From positions 11,348,001 through 11,412,000 of the forward strand of contig NC_058383.1 of the NCBI RefSeq assembly GCF_018350175.1: a DNA stretch of 64,000 nucleotides. The letters run 5' to 3'. The translations under genes and the position numbers were made by a program. The notes below the pieces were generated by a model. That model had not been told where the DNA came from. It saw only the letters and a program-made list of their open reading frames with translations, and ran no database searches. This stretch comes from Felis catus (Eukaryota). Of the stretch, positions 12,288-24,738 are shown in pieces. Numbering within the stretch: position 1 is the first letter of the stretch; every line of letters begins with the position of its first letter.

Positions 12288-12517
12288 GGGGGCGCCTGGG
12301 TGGCTCAGTCAGTTGAGCGTCCGACTTCGGCTCAGGTCACGATCTCACGGTTCCGGGGTTCGAGCCCCGCGTCGGGCTCTGCACTGTCAGCTCGGAGCCT
12401 GGAGCCTGCTTCCGATTCTGTGCCTCCTTCTCTCTCTGCCCCTTCCCCGCTCGCACTTGGTGTGTGTCTCTCTCTCTCTCAAAAATAAACATAAATTAAA
12501 AAAAAAATAAAAATAAA
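12288..12517 (+). mobile_element. CanSINE (first of a tandem pair)
   Basis: ggggcgcctgggtggctcagtc head with A/B boxes (ggttcgagccc), (CT)n, aataaa, A tail. Confidence 0.95.
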
Positions 12518-12530
12518 AGTGTGTGGTTTA

Positions 12531-12735
12531 TGGGGAGCCTGGGTGGCTCAGTCGGTTAAGCATCAGACTTTGGCTCGGGTCGTGATCCCATGGTTCCTAG
12601 GTTCGAGCCCCACGTCGGGCTCTGCGCTGTCAGCTCGGAGCCTGGAGCCTGTTTCCGATTCTGTGTCTCCCTCTCTCTCTGCGCCTCCCCAGCTTGCACT
12701 CTGTCTCAAAAATAAATAAAAATTTACAAAAAGAC
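12531..12735 (+). mobile_element. CanSINE (second of a tandem pair)
   Basis: Same hallmarks. Confidence 0.95.
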
Positions 12736-13569
12736 AAGGCCTTTTTATATTGCAGGGACAAAAGACAAGCAAGGGGAGGGGCAGGGGAGGAGTAGGTGGA
12801 TTTGGGCCACGTTGACTTAGCAGAGTTGGAATCCCCTTCTCAGCTTAGTCCCACAAAGGACGTCCTACCTGGTATGTGGAAGACAGGGCCCCTGTCTGCT
12901 GGTCTTTGGCTCGCCTGCTTGGCTCCCGCCTCTCTGATTCCTGGGTCAGGCGTGTGATGTAGAGCAGTGTCTCCCGGAGATCAGCCCCACCATTGAAGGT
13001 GGAGATTCCGAGAAAATAAAAGACCAGGGTGAGTTCCGGCCCATCCTCACAGGTTGCAGGATGTCTTTTCTCTTCCTGACTTCATATCCATCATCCCTTC
13101 CTGACCATCTGCCCTGTGGACTTCAGCCTTCTGCACCAGACACGGAAGCAACACCCTCTCGTGGCCCACGTGACCAGCTCCCACAGGTGCCCAAGGCCAG
13201 GTCCCTAGGTACACATCTGGTGGGTCTCATTCTCTGATCTCTGCTTCTCCTGATACAGGAAAGAGAGTGAGAAAGTGACAGGAATGAGAATAATGGTAGA
13301 AGAAGAGAGCCATAGTGATGCGGAGCCACAGAAAGGTGTGGGCAGGGGAAAGGACTGGAAGGGCCAAAAGCGAGGAGCAGGAGCCCAGCCAGCTTTGCAG
13401 GCAGAAGCAGGGACTTTGTGCAGTAAGTTGGCGGTGGCTAGTTTTGCTGGGGATGAAAAGTAGAGATTGCTTTTGGCCTGAGACTGCTTTGCTTTGGCTG
13501 CGACTCATGAACTGGGCTGAGACTTCTCTATTCTGAGGACTCTGGTTCCTCCCCCTTTTCTCATGCCTG

Positions 13570-13740
13570 TAGTTCTCAACCCTGGATGCACACTAGAATC
13601 ACCTGGGACCTTTTAGAAATGCTGATGGCCAGGCACATGCCAGGACAATTAAATCAGGATCTCTGGAGCATGGCCCAGGCGCTGGGTTTTTTGGCAAACA
13701 CTTCCCAGGTGATTGTGTTGTGCAGCCAGTTTGAGAATGG
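13570..13740. mobile_element. MER5A-like DNA transposon
   Basis: tagttctcaaccctggatgcacactagaatcacctggg...gtttgagaat. Confidence 0.75.
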
Positions 13741-13744
13741 TGTG

Positions 13745-14265
13745 TGTGTAGTAGAAACACCCTAAGGTGACCCCCAGTGAGCCATGCCCTTGTATAACCT
13801 CCGCCCTTGAGTGCAGGTGAAGCCTGTGACTTGCTTCTAACCAATAGCATGTGGCAAAAATAACAGGATGCCATTCCCTTGGTTAGGTTACGTTATATAT
13901 GGGGGTGGGGCCTTGTGGATAAACATCCTAGCTTCCTGTCCTTCTGAGGGATAATTCTGAAGGCACTTCAGATGTTTCTCAGAGGCCGAGTGTCTAGACA
14001 GAGTCCGTCTGGATCGCGGAGACTGTTTTCGGCTGTGCGGGAAAGTGTGATGCTGGCTGTGTTTCATCTCTGAGCTCTCTAAGAGACAGCAGAACACATG
14101 TTAATCGTTATCCTCAAAATACTGGTGACCTTGATAACTCATCCTTTATCAATTTGTCCTTCCTTCTGTCTTCCCTCTGCATGCTGCCTTTTTCTTGCTT
14201 CCTGGGATCACCTCCCAAGTAAACTCTGCACCCAACTCCTCGTCTCAGGCTCTGCTTTTGTGCTA
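13745..14265 (+). mobile_element. MLT1 (MaLR) LTR fragment followed by an LTR16-like ERVL LTR fragment
   Basis: gtgacttgcttctaaccaatagcatgtggcaaaa (MLT1); cttcctgggatcacctcccaagtaaac...gtctcaggctctgctt (LTR16-type end). Confidence 0.6.
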
Positions 14266-17200
14266 ACATGGTGTCCTTTGGAGTCCCCAGGCACAGCGCA
14301 AACATGAGAAGTAGGGCCTTGGAGCCATTTTCATGCCATAGGACCTCAACATGAATCTTTCCATTTAGGTGGGGGGGGGGCGGGCAGGAGGGGGGGAGGA
14401 GCATCCAGATGGTGCGTTTAGTAAAGACGGGTCGTTATTGGAGAATGAGGCCACCCAAGAGTGTACAGAGGGGACAGCAGGGGCAGTGTGGGAGACACAC
14501 ACCTGATGGGACCCTGTCCTGCTCTGAAGGTGACCGTCCCCCAATTCTTCTTCCATAGATTCTCAGCCTCTTTGTTCTGAAAGCGTTTGCTCACTTTGGC
14601 CCCTCTTAGGGTCTGCAGTTACTGACCTGTCACTGTCATGAGATTTGTGCTGTGTGGCCAACCGCACTGAGTTGGAGCTTCAGGTCCTGCGGAAGAATGT
14701 GCTGTGGGGGAGAAACACTGGGCTTTGTGTTGGAAAATAGTTCTCGATGCCCCTTTGCCATGTGCCTTTGGACAACACGCTCCTCCTCTTGGGTTTCACC
14801 TTCCTCGTCCAAACAATGGGGATGGTACGTACCTCGCACAGTGATTTCGAAGGTTTAGTGACCAAGTAAATGGACATCGTGTGTTTTGAAAACATTCGTT
14901 CAAAGACCGGAGGGCATAGCATGATATCATACACGAACATCCCCGTGCCTTGTTCCCCCGACTATTTTTATCCGTTCTGCCAGGGGGGCAAGGTCAGATG
15001 AGAAGCTGGTTTTTAAAATAAAGCCAAACAAAAGATAAGGGAGATTGCCAGCTGTTAACTCCCAGCTGAGGCTTGGTCTGTGGCATATGTTTTAACACTA
15101 TAAAAGTAGTATAAACCCAGGATGGAAAATCAGGGAAAAAAAAAAAAAAAGTCCACATACACGATCCCAGACCCTAACACACTCTTAAAATTTTTATGTC
15201 CTGCCTCCCCCACCCGGCCCTGTGCGCACGTTTAAATAGTCTCAATTCTAATTTACATGCTATATTTACGTATCTTGTTTTTTTTTTTTTTCACTTCGTA
15301 TCATCATAATAGTCTTCTGTGTTTTCTCCCCCCTCTTCTTTGTGTCTACAAGACAGTGTGCTGGGCACTGGGAATCCCAAAGAGAACAACAGAGCGAGGC
15401 CCCCAGTCCTCATGGAACTTTCTGGCAAGTGGCGAACTGCACACATTTATGGTATAGGGTCCTCATGAGAATTCACATTTGCTAGGTCTTCCCATTACCC
15501 TCGATACAGTCATAAACCTGCATTCCACATAATGCTTCAGACCATATTCCACGCTTGCTTATTTTCCGTTGTATTTGCTAGTCCCTGAGTCATCTTGGTC
15601 GGTCTTGAACCCTCTGGTCTCCACAAATCTCTCCAGCGAAGGCATGTAGTGGTCATTTTCTGCCTTCCTGTTTTTCCTTTATGTCATCACAAGCCCTTAA
15701 AAACATGTATCCCGCATTACCTTGACACCTGTGTCTTTGGGTTTCCTTTGTGCGCTGTTAATCTGCCTCTGTTTTGTAACGCTGCTGCGTCATAACGGTG
15801 TCTTAGAATGATTATTATATAACGCAGTGAAAAAAAGTACAGTATGGTTGTACCATGACATACGGTTGGGCACCTAGGTTGTGTCCCTTTGTCTCCATGA
15901 CCTGTAATGTGGAGATGAGCATTCATTTCCTGCCATCTCACCTTCGCCACGGAAAACATCCTGCCCTGTGACCTCTGTGTGGCGAAATCCAATGGACCCC
16001 GATCCAACTTGTCTTATTTGACCTACCAGACGCACCGGCTACCTTCCGCTCCTCCAAATGCTTTTCCTTATTTTGTGGCACGTTCTCTCCTGGTCCAGCT
16101 TGAGCTGCTCTTCAGCACTCTCCTTTTCCGCGGATGCCCCCCAAGCAACTCCTTGGCATCGGTGCCCCCACATTTCCATCCCGTCCCTCTGTCTCCATGC
16201 CGTGCCCACGCGTCTTGGGCACGCCTGTCCTTTCCTGTGCCTTGACTTGCCATCTACGGGTAGACTTGTGTTTCGCCGTGACCTGCAGGCTTATATAAAT
16301 GATGTTGTTTGAATCATACTTCTTTTAGGACCCAATTCTTAATGAGTTTGACTAAGGCAGACACTGTCCTAAGCACCGTGCACATGCACTTGACCTGATC
16401 CGAACACTCCCTTCGCAGCAGGTGCCATTACGACATTGCCATCAGCCGTCCCCACCCGAAGGTCCCACAGTCATCAAGTTCTATCGGTTCTGCACTTTGA
16501 TGTCTTGTGAGTTCTCCTTCCCTCCACCTCCTCGTCCAGCTTCGATTCGGCCTTCAGCATCTCTCTCTTTGGCAACTGTAGCATCTTCATAACATCCTAC
16601 AGCTTCGAGGTCTTGCCTTCAGCAGGTCTTCTCGATGTGCTGAGCGATCTTCCTAAAGTGAGACACTACTATGTCTGTTCAGCTTCGACTGAAGTTTGAG
16701 ACGCAGGCGCTTGCCCTTGTCTTTGGCCCCTTATCCTGATCACGGCCATGTGGCCCCTCCCTAACAATGCATTGCCTGTTTCTACTTAGTTCTGCCATTG
16801 TCCACCAGCCCCCCCTTGCTGGGTTACCTCTAAAAAAGGGGGATGCTCCTGTTCAGAGACTTTGTGACCCCTCCCCATTCCAGCTCCTTCCCCTGGTGGC
16901 TGAACCCCTGGTGCAGATTCTGAGCATGCCTGGAGAAGAGCTCTCCTCTCGGTCTGGACTCAGCTGTGGGTCCAAGCAAGTGGATCCACACTTGCTTGGG
17001 AGAAAAATCCTCCTCCTCCTCCTCCTCCTAAGCAATGAGTCTGGTTTCAGGGAGAAGCTCTGTGTACCTTGCAGAAAGGACTGGAGGGGGTGGTTTGGGA
17101 CGCAGCCCGCTGAAGCTCGGCCAGCCCTTGGATGGAGATTCCAAGTCTGGGTCAAGGCACGCTGTTCATGCACCTTGGACACCGGTCTGTCAGCCTGCCC

Positions 17201-17759
17201 CGGGGTCTTCGCGCAGGGCTTGGGAGCCTGGCAGTGGAGGTGGCCAGGGACTTGGTTAGCTGGCCATGACATTTCAGGAGAGACAGGCCCAGAGAATAAG
17301 CTGCCCAGAGAATAACTCTGGGCCGGATGGGAAGGTTCTGGGGAGCAGAAGGGCTTCACAAAAGCATTCTCGGGTGTTATTAAAGCAGCATGTGCCTTTG
17401 GAAGCAGGAAAGAGCAGCCACTGTTCCCTGGTGTTTGCTCAGAGGGTGGAGGACCTTGGAGTTTTATTCCGTTTGGTGGGACGGCATGTGATGACAGTGT
17501 TGTGGCAACTAAGCCGGCTCAGGCCAGTAGTAAATCACAGGGTAGGGCCATCCCAGGAGGGGCGGGGGAGGGGGGCGGCCGAGTTTCAAATTTCCACCAA
17601 GAAAGAGTCAGTCAGTAAATGTTTTCCAGAAACTTCAGGTTCCAAAAAGCGTGACCACGTGTTTTCCTCCACAGTCGACTGGGGAAGGCCAGAGAGGGGG
17701 AGAACCCAACAAAACCATCATTTGCTATTTCGGGAGGACCTCTGTCAGAGGTGCCAAGG

Positions 17760-17903
17760 AAACTTCAACGTGCTCAAATCTTTTCATCCTTGGACCATTC
17801 CAGGAAATCTGTCTTAGAGAAAAATAGTTAGAAAAGAACACCCAAGACTTATCCACAAACATGCTTGACATAAGGTTTTTGTAACAGCAAAAATACAAAA
17901 CAC

Positions 17904-17948
<45 letters not shown>

Positions 17949-18250
17949 AAACAGCTGAATGTCCAATTAGAGGGATTAATTTAATTTAGGTCCATCCCTG
18001 TTGGACTCTGCACAGCCATTTAAAATACATATTTCCCAGGAAATACGAGAGACCTGGAAAAATACTCATACTACAGTATTAATCAGATAAAGCAAATATA
18101 TATGAACGGAGGAAACATTGAAAGGGAATACCCCCCCAAATATTAGCAATCTCTTGAGAATGGGATTGTGGGTGATTTTTGTATAATTCTGTGTACTTTT
18201 ATGTATGTAAAAATATTTTCAACACCATATGCTGATGTTGTAATCCTTAA
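17760..18250 (+). mobile_element. Old L1 (L1ME-like) 3' fragment containing a (CA)n at ~17906-17946
   Basis: tttgtaacagcaaaa...aacagctgaatgtcca...cagccatttaaaa; perfect CA run. Confidence 0.6.
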
Positions 18251-18602
18251 AAAAGACGTTTAGAAGGATAATAAAAACCTTCGCAGGGTCTGACTTTCTT
18301 GGCGTGGGGTTTAGGAGAACAGACTTTCCCCATTAGTCAGATGTGTGTCCCGATTCTCTTGGGAATGAAGAAACAAGACCACGGGAATGATGGGACCCAA
18401 GCAAATACCCCCGCAAGAAGCTGGAGATGTTACGACGGTCTTCGAACATTTGGAATGGAATCAGGGCTTGGGATGTCCCCAGGGGCCAGGTTGGACCTGT
18501 CCAAAAAGGACCAAAGGGAGCTTCTGTCTGCCCCCTTTCATATCTGTGCCTGTTATCTTTGGTGGTTGGTTGGGTGACACTGCCCCAGCCAGAAGTCCGG
18601 AG

Positions 18603-18968
18603 TCTTCCTTGATGGATTTTCTTCTTCCTTGATGGATTTTTTTCTTCCTTGGTGGGTTTTCTTCTTCCTTGATGGATTTTCTTCTTCCTTGATGGGTTTT
18701 CTTCTTCCTTGATGGATTTTCTTCTTCCTTGATGGATTTTCTTCTTCCTTGATGGGTTTTCTTCTTCCTTGATGGGTTTTCTTCTTCCTTGATGGGTTTT
18801 CTTCTTCCTTGATGGGTTTTCTTCTTCCTTGATGGGTTTTCTTCTTCCTTGATGGATTTTCTTCTTCCTTGATGGGTTTTCTTCTTCCTTGATGGATTTT
18901 CTTCTTCCTTGATGGATTTTCTTCTTCCTTGATGGATTTTCTTCTGCCTTGATGGATTTTCTTCTGCC
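18603..18968. repeat. Minisatellite, 20-bp unit cttcttccttgatgg(a/g)tttt, ~18 copies
   Basis: Directly visible, three units per 60-nt line; near-perfect. Confidence 0.97.
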
Positions 18969-19021
18969 CCACTCAATTGATCTCCAGCTAGAACTTGTGA
19001 ACTTCCTGAGTAAATGTCTTC

Positions 19022-19260
19022 TTCTTCTTCTTCTTTTTTTTTTTTAAATTGTTAATGTTTCTTTAGTTTTGAGACAGACAGAGTGTGAGCCGGCGGGGGG
19101 GGGGGGGGCAGAGAGAGAGAGGGAGACACAGAATCCAAAACAGGCTCCAGGCTCAGAGCTGTCAGCACAGAGCATGACGCGGGGCTCGAACTCACGAACT
19201 GCGAGATCATGACCTGAGCCGAAGTCGGACGCTTAACCGACTGAGCCACCCAAGCGCCTC
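19022..19260 (-). mobile_element. CanSINE within an L2 (~18580-19920)
   Basis: TSD tga(g/a)taaatgtcttc; L2 3' end with gtgcctggcgtgtggcaggtacttataagtgtttgttgaatg near 19870-19910. Confidence 0.9.
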
Positions 19261-20139
19261 TGAATAAATGTCTTCTGCCATCTCCACTGCCCTGTTTCAG
19301 GACCCCCTCATCTCCTGACCAGGCTGTTGACAAGATCCCCTTGCTTGCTTCCCTTTCTATTTGATTCTGTCACTACAGCCAGACGGTTCTTTGGGAAATG
19401 CCAGTCTGCTCCTGCTACGCCCTTGCCTAAACCCCCTCCGTAGCACTTTATTGTGTTCAGGGTAGTGTCCAGACTCAGTTTACGAAGCCCTTTATCCGAC
19501 CCAAACTTAATTTCACAACCTCGTCTCTCTGTGTTTTGCTTCATGCCCTTTGCTCCCTCCGTTGTCAGCCTCCTAACGGATCCCTAAAGGTGCCAGGTCC
19601 TTTCTTTGGTGGACCTTCATTCCCGCTACGCCATCACCTTCCTCCTCTTCTCCATCTGTGAAATCCACCTTTTCAGCCTGTGGAGTCAGTTCACTGTCAC
19701 CCCCCACCATGGGGAACGCCGTCCTCCCTTCTCTGAGTTTTCTTGGAACTGCACAATACTTCTAACACATTGCCCTGTGTGGGAGGGCTCAGATCTCCTC
19801 CATTAGAGCATAAACTCCTTGAGACACTGGCCGGTTTGTTTTTGTCTTCCACAGTCTCCGGCATGGTGCCTGGCGTGTGGCAGGTACTTATAAGTGTTTG
19901 TTGAATGGACAAATAAAGTTAAGGAGAGCAAGGTTGTCCTCATCCTAAAGAAGAATCATCTAACCAATGCGAGGATGATATGGGACTTCCAGCGCCAACT
20001 CAGATCAGCTATTAGCGGCTTCCTTCCATGCTTTGATTTGGAGGAGCTTAAGGGGGCTTCTCAGATAAGGGGTAAGAGATTTCAGTGATTTGAGGATATT
20101 TCGGTTATTTATTGGAGGTTAACTGATCACCTCCACATT

Positions 20140-20560
20140 TAGAAGCTTCGAAGGGCAATTGTCTGCTTTGCTCATGGATTTGAGACGGGATCAGGACTCG
20201 ATGGAGACAGCTACGTCTGCTTCACGCGGCATCAGTTGGGGGGATGGGCTGGGCGGACCAGCTGCAGGATTCACTTCCAAGATGGCGCACTCCCATGGCG
20301 GGTGGGTTGGTGCTGGCTGCCAGATGGAGCTCTGCTGCTGTTGGCTGGGGCCTCAGTTCCTCTTCACGTGGGCATTTCCATGGGACTTCTTGTGCTTTCT
20401 CACAAGGTGGTGGCTGGGTTCTGAGAGTATTGCAAGAGACCTGGGTGGAAGCCACTTCTGCTACATGTACTGATCAAGTAAGTCGCTAAGGACAGACCCA
20501 AAGGGAGAGGAATTAGACTCCGGCGCTCAATGGGAAAAGGAACAAAAGACGTGTCTTGGC
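20140..20560 (-). mobile_element. MLT1 (MaLR) LTR
   Basis: ttccaagatggcgcactcccatggc...ggcctcagttcctcttcacgtgggc...ggacagacccaaagggagagg. Confidence 0.65.
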
Positions 20561-21882
20561 ATAAAAAAGTGGAAATGGCACGATCATGGCCCATTTTCCA
20601 ATTTTATTGAGGCAACAGAAGTAATTCCACAGGAGGTCAGCAAGGATGTTCCCGGAATTGCAGAAATATTAAAGGTCTAGAGTCAAACTGCTGGACCTAG
20701 GAGCTGGATGAGCTTCCTGGGAAGGGAGTCTGCTTCCCACCAGGGAGGGAATTCAACCATGGATGAGAAAATGCTTTGTAGAGATGTGGCAGAGAGCAAG
20801 CTTCCACTGAGGAATGGGATTGGATTGAGGTGAAGGAACTACATTTATCATATTTGTCTGTTCACTGGGATCATACCATTGGCCTGGTATTCCCAATTCC
20901 GATGATCAGGCTCTGGGATTAAGGAGACTGGATGGTGATGGTGCTGCTGATGATGGCGGTGATGATGATGATGGTGATAATGGCCAACACCTGGGTAACG
21001 TTTACTCTTTGCAGGCACTGTCCTCTGTGTTTTCTCTATATTAAATCTTGCAGTCCTCTTAATAACTCAGTAGAGATGATTCCTATTCCTATTTTACAGA
21101 TGAAGAAAGTGAGGCATAGAGAGATTACGTAGCCGGCCCCCAACTTCTCTCAGCCAGATGGTGGAGCTGGATGGCCATCTGGTGGGTGTGCTAGGAAGGC
21201 CTCCTGACGGTGCAGGATGCGGACCTTCTAGTCCCTCATTTTCAGTCTTTCCCTCATGACGGTGTCCCTGTCTCCCTCTGGGGGTGGCCTTGCTCAGCAT
21301 ATAGCTGGCCTTCTGAAAGCAGAAGTGTAACACTACCAGGAATCTTATGAAAGAAAACGCGAGTGCCGGAGAAGCAGCGGGTGATCCTTTAAGATCTTCC
21401 CCGGGCTGCCGAGTGCTGGTTCTGGGGTGTGGGGCCGTTCCGGGTGTCATTCTGAGCTCCCTAGCACGCCTCTTCCTCTTGCGCACACAGTGGTGCCCTT
21501 CCCTGAGGCTAGAGCATGGTTTTAGAGCAGCCAGGCCTGCCACATTCTTCTCCGTGCCCCCTGAGCCCCTCGGGTCCCTTTCCACGGGTAGTTCTTGCCC
21601 GACAGCTAATTGTTGTGTCATCTTTTACAGTTCCTTCCGCTCCTTCGAGGCTGAGTTCAAGAATTTGCTCCCCTGTGGAGCAAATTGTCCCAGCCGGAGT
21701 GAGGCCTCCCTCCTTCCTCATTCCATGGTCAGCCCACATCTCTGAGTTAACGATTAGGTCATCTAACTATTCCCTGGGACTTTCTGGCTCTCGCCTGCAA
21801 AACTCTCTCCTACAGACACAGGGACCATCGCTTACTTGCCCCAAATCCCTACCTCCTGGCACAGTGTAGGAACCTCACTGGT

Positions 21883-21913
21883 GTTTTTAATGTTTATTTA
21901 TTTATTTTGAGGG

Positions 21914-21945
<32 letters not shown>

Positions 21946-22057
21946 TCCCAAGTTAGCGCGGAGCCCTACATGGGGCTTGAACCCTCAAACGGTGAGATCA
22001 TAACCTGGGCTGAAATCAAGTATCAGACACTTAACTGACTGAGCCACCCAATTCCCC
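21883..22057 (-). mobile_element. CanSINE
   Basis: SINE hallmarks; TSD gtgtttttaa. Confidence 0.88.
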
Positions 22058-22479
22058 AGTGTTTTTAAGTAAAAGACCCTTCCAAAGCACAGTATGGTTA
22101 GGATTTTCTTGCTCTCAGGTACCCCTCTGGGGGGCATCCACTTGTCTTTAGAGACTGTGACTATAGATTAAAAAAAACCAACTCAACTCGATGTGCCTTC
22201 CTGAAGCAATAACTTACTTTTTACAGAGTTCCGACATCTAGAACTCTTTGGCTCTCAAAGCTGAGCGCTCATCAGACTCACTTGGAGGGCTGGAGGAAAC
22301 AGATCTCAGTGTTTGACTCAGTAGGCGTGGAGTGGGGTTCGAGAATGTTCGTTTCCCACAAGTTCCTGGGCGATGCTGCCGTGGCGGGTCTGGGACCGCT
22401 CTGAGAATCGCTGCTCGGGACTTCATGTCCCAGATGCCAGGTAACCCTCACGTTGCCTCTGAGACCAGCCGCCGCTCCT

Positions 22480-22915
22480 TTGTTTCTAGAATCCACAATG
22501 TGTACAGCCTGCCATTTGCTTCCAACAATGCACAACTCAATTTCTGGTTTTAATAACGACCGTAGGAAGCAGAGATGTATCTTGTTGTGGAAAATGTTAC
22601 CTCCATCACACAAATGCCTTAATGCCACAGCATTTGAATTGCGCTCTGATCTTTCCCTTTATTAAAAACAGCATTAAATTACTTGATGCATTCGTGGCAG
22701 CCCGGAGAGGAAGAAGACGCTCTGATATTCAGGAAACCAATGAGCATGCAAACAGTGAGCTTTCCAATGTGCTTAGAATAAATGGAGGAATTTCTTTGGG
22801 GGAATATACTTTATTCAAAATGTAGATGGCATGTGAAATGTGAATAAATATAAGATCGCTGGTAAAAAATTCCTTTTCATGAGCTGCCACATGGATAGAT
22901 TGGAGATTTAAATGT
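22480..22915. promoter_or_regulatory. Candidate conserved non-coding element
   Basis: ~430-bp repeat-free AT-rich island with TTTAATAA, TTTATTAAA, CATTAAATTA, ATGCAAAC and GATTTAAAT motifs. Confidence 0.4.
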
Positions 22916-24738
22916 GGGGGACCCCAGGCTCTAGGCAGCTGGAGAGGGAGGAGGATGGGAAGAGGGAAATGATTTCTAAATATCCTTGATCAGCGGCTTC
23001 TCCCCGTTTGGGTGTTAGTCGTGGGTCACAGTCGGGCAATAGATTTTTCTTTTACGTCTCTTTCAGGCAAAGATGCTGGGCACCAGAGAAAAGAGGGTGA
23101 TATGTACGCAGATGAGTTTGCTTTAAAGGGATGTACAGTCTATGCGGGATTTAGATCACCCCACTTGATGTGGGACCCACCAGCCGCTTGGCCCTGGATG
23201 AAAATCCCCGGCCCCAGGGGAAACTCAGCCCCACACCAAACCAGTTTCCCAGTCGTCTAGTGAGAGCCTCAGGGTACTGTCTTTCACAGATCTATCAAGC
23301 ACAAACACTACAGACATACAGGAGCCATGATTGTGAATTCCATCAAAGAAGAGGACCGCCAGCTCTAGAGGAACCCCCAACCCCCCACAATAGCACGGAA
23401 CGGGCACTTATATTTCAGGTGCCTCAAACAGATAGGTTCAGTGTCCCTAGATGGATCATGTTCCCTGTAGATGTGCAGCACAGACATATTGGTGGTCTGG
23501 GAGTCAGTCAGTCAATCAAGGGAGTGGGGCCCAACGTAGTAGTCTTTGCCTCCTGAGCCTCTGTTTTTGGGCCAAACTCTTTGGAAGAAACCAGAAACCT
23601 GTTGTGCTAGGTCAAGGGAAAGGGTTATGATGAAGATACAGCAGACAATGCCATGGACGTCTGGCTATAGAAGTAAAATACAGCCAGGGACAGGACTGCC
23701 ATGTTTGGTTGCGCAAGCTGTGCACTGCACAAGTCCAGAGGCACCACTGCATGGACTGTGATGGGCAAGGTGACCTCCAGAGTTGTGTGACATGGTGGCC
23801 CTGCACTGGAGCGGATCTGGAGAGCCAGGGACTGGGGCATCTTTCTCCGTCTATCAGGTTTGAGGTGATTCCTTTAATTTGTGCTCATCTTTGGGTGTCT
23901 GCCTTGTTCCCCTCTCTCATCCATCTTCTTTTTGCTCCTCTTGCGTGTGGCTCTACACGGTTGCCCATCAGGCTCTCTCTCTACCTCACCTCCTCTCTGC
24001 TCCAGCCCCTGCCACTGACTGTCATAAGTCTCTAACTCTTATTCCCAATTTTTGGGAGGGAGAATTTGAGTTCCTGGCTTGGGCCTTGCCGTTGCTCAGT
24101 CTAAGACCCTTGGAGTCCTCCTTAGTCACTCTCTTTCTCTTTTCACACCGTATCCACGCTGTCAGTGATACCAGCACCTGGCCGCACCGTCGCAACATAT
24201 CCTGAGTCTGGTCACTTCTCAGGGTCCCACTGCTATGACCCCGGTCTGATCCGTGTTCATCTTGTGCTTGGGTTCTAACTAGTCCAGCTGTCTCTGCCAT
24301 TGTCCCCCTTCCTTCTATCTACCCTAAGGAAGCAACCAGAGCGTGCTCAGAGGTCCACAAGCAAGTCAGGCCGCAGCCTCAGACCCCCCTTTGCACTGGC
24401 TTCAGGTTCCTACAGAATCTGGGCCCCGTTCTCTCTCTGCTTCTCCTCCCTCTGGGGTCCTCACTCACCCTCTTCCCACCATATTGGCTTTTCAGTGCTC
24501 TTCAAACATGGCAGGCAAACTGTTATCTCAAGGCCTTCGCATTTTCTGTTCCCTCTGCCTGGAATTCTTTTCCTCCAGAAGCCGATGGTGTATTTCCACC
24601 ATTGTTGGGGCGTTCTTTAAGCATCACCTTTGGGCCTTCCCTGAACCCCGATGTGCAATGACTTCACCCCCATCCTCATTGCCTTTCTTTGCTCTAATTA
24701 TTTTCTGTAGCATCGTCCATGCTGTTATGCATTAAGAC

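Noticed and set aside
12288..12380. tRNA genes suggested by A/B boxes
   Set aside because: These are tRNA-derived CanSINE heads followed by (CT)n and A tails; the same applies to all copies
16767..17817. Overlapping 168-183 aa ORFs on both strands
   Set aside because: No recognisable domain, no consistent splice structure, and expected by chance in GC-rich DNA
18603..18968. CRISPR-like array
   Set aside because: Units are contiguous with no unique spacers, there are no cas genes, and the DNA is mammalian
18461..18976. K/R/E-rich repetitive ORFs (KKIHQGRRKSIKEEENPSR)n
   Set aside because: Translation of the 20-bp minisatellite, which is stop-free on the minus strand; no gene context
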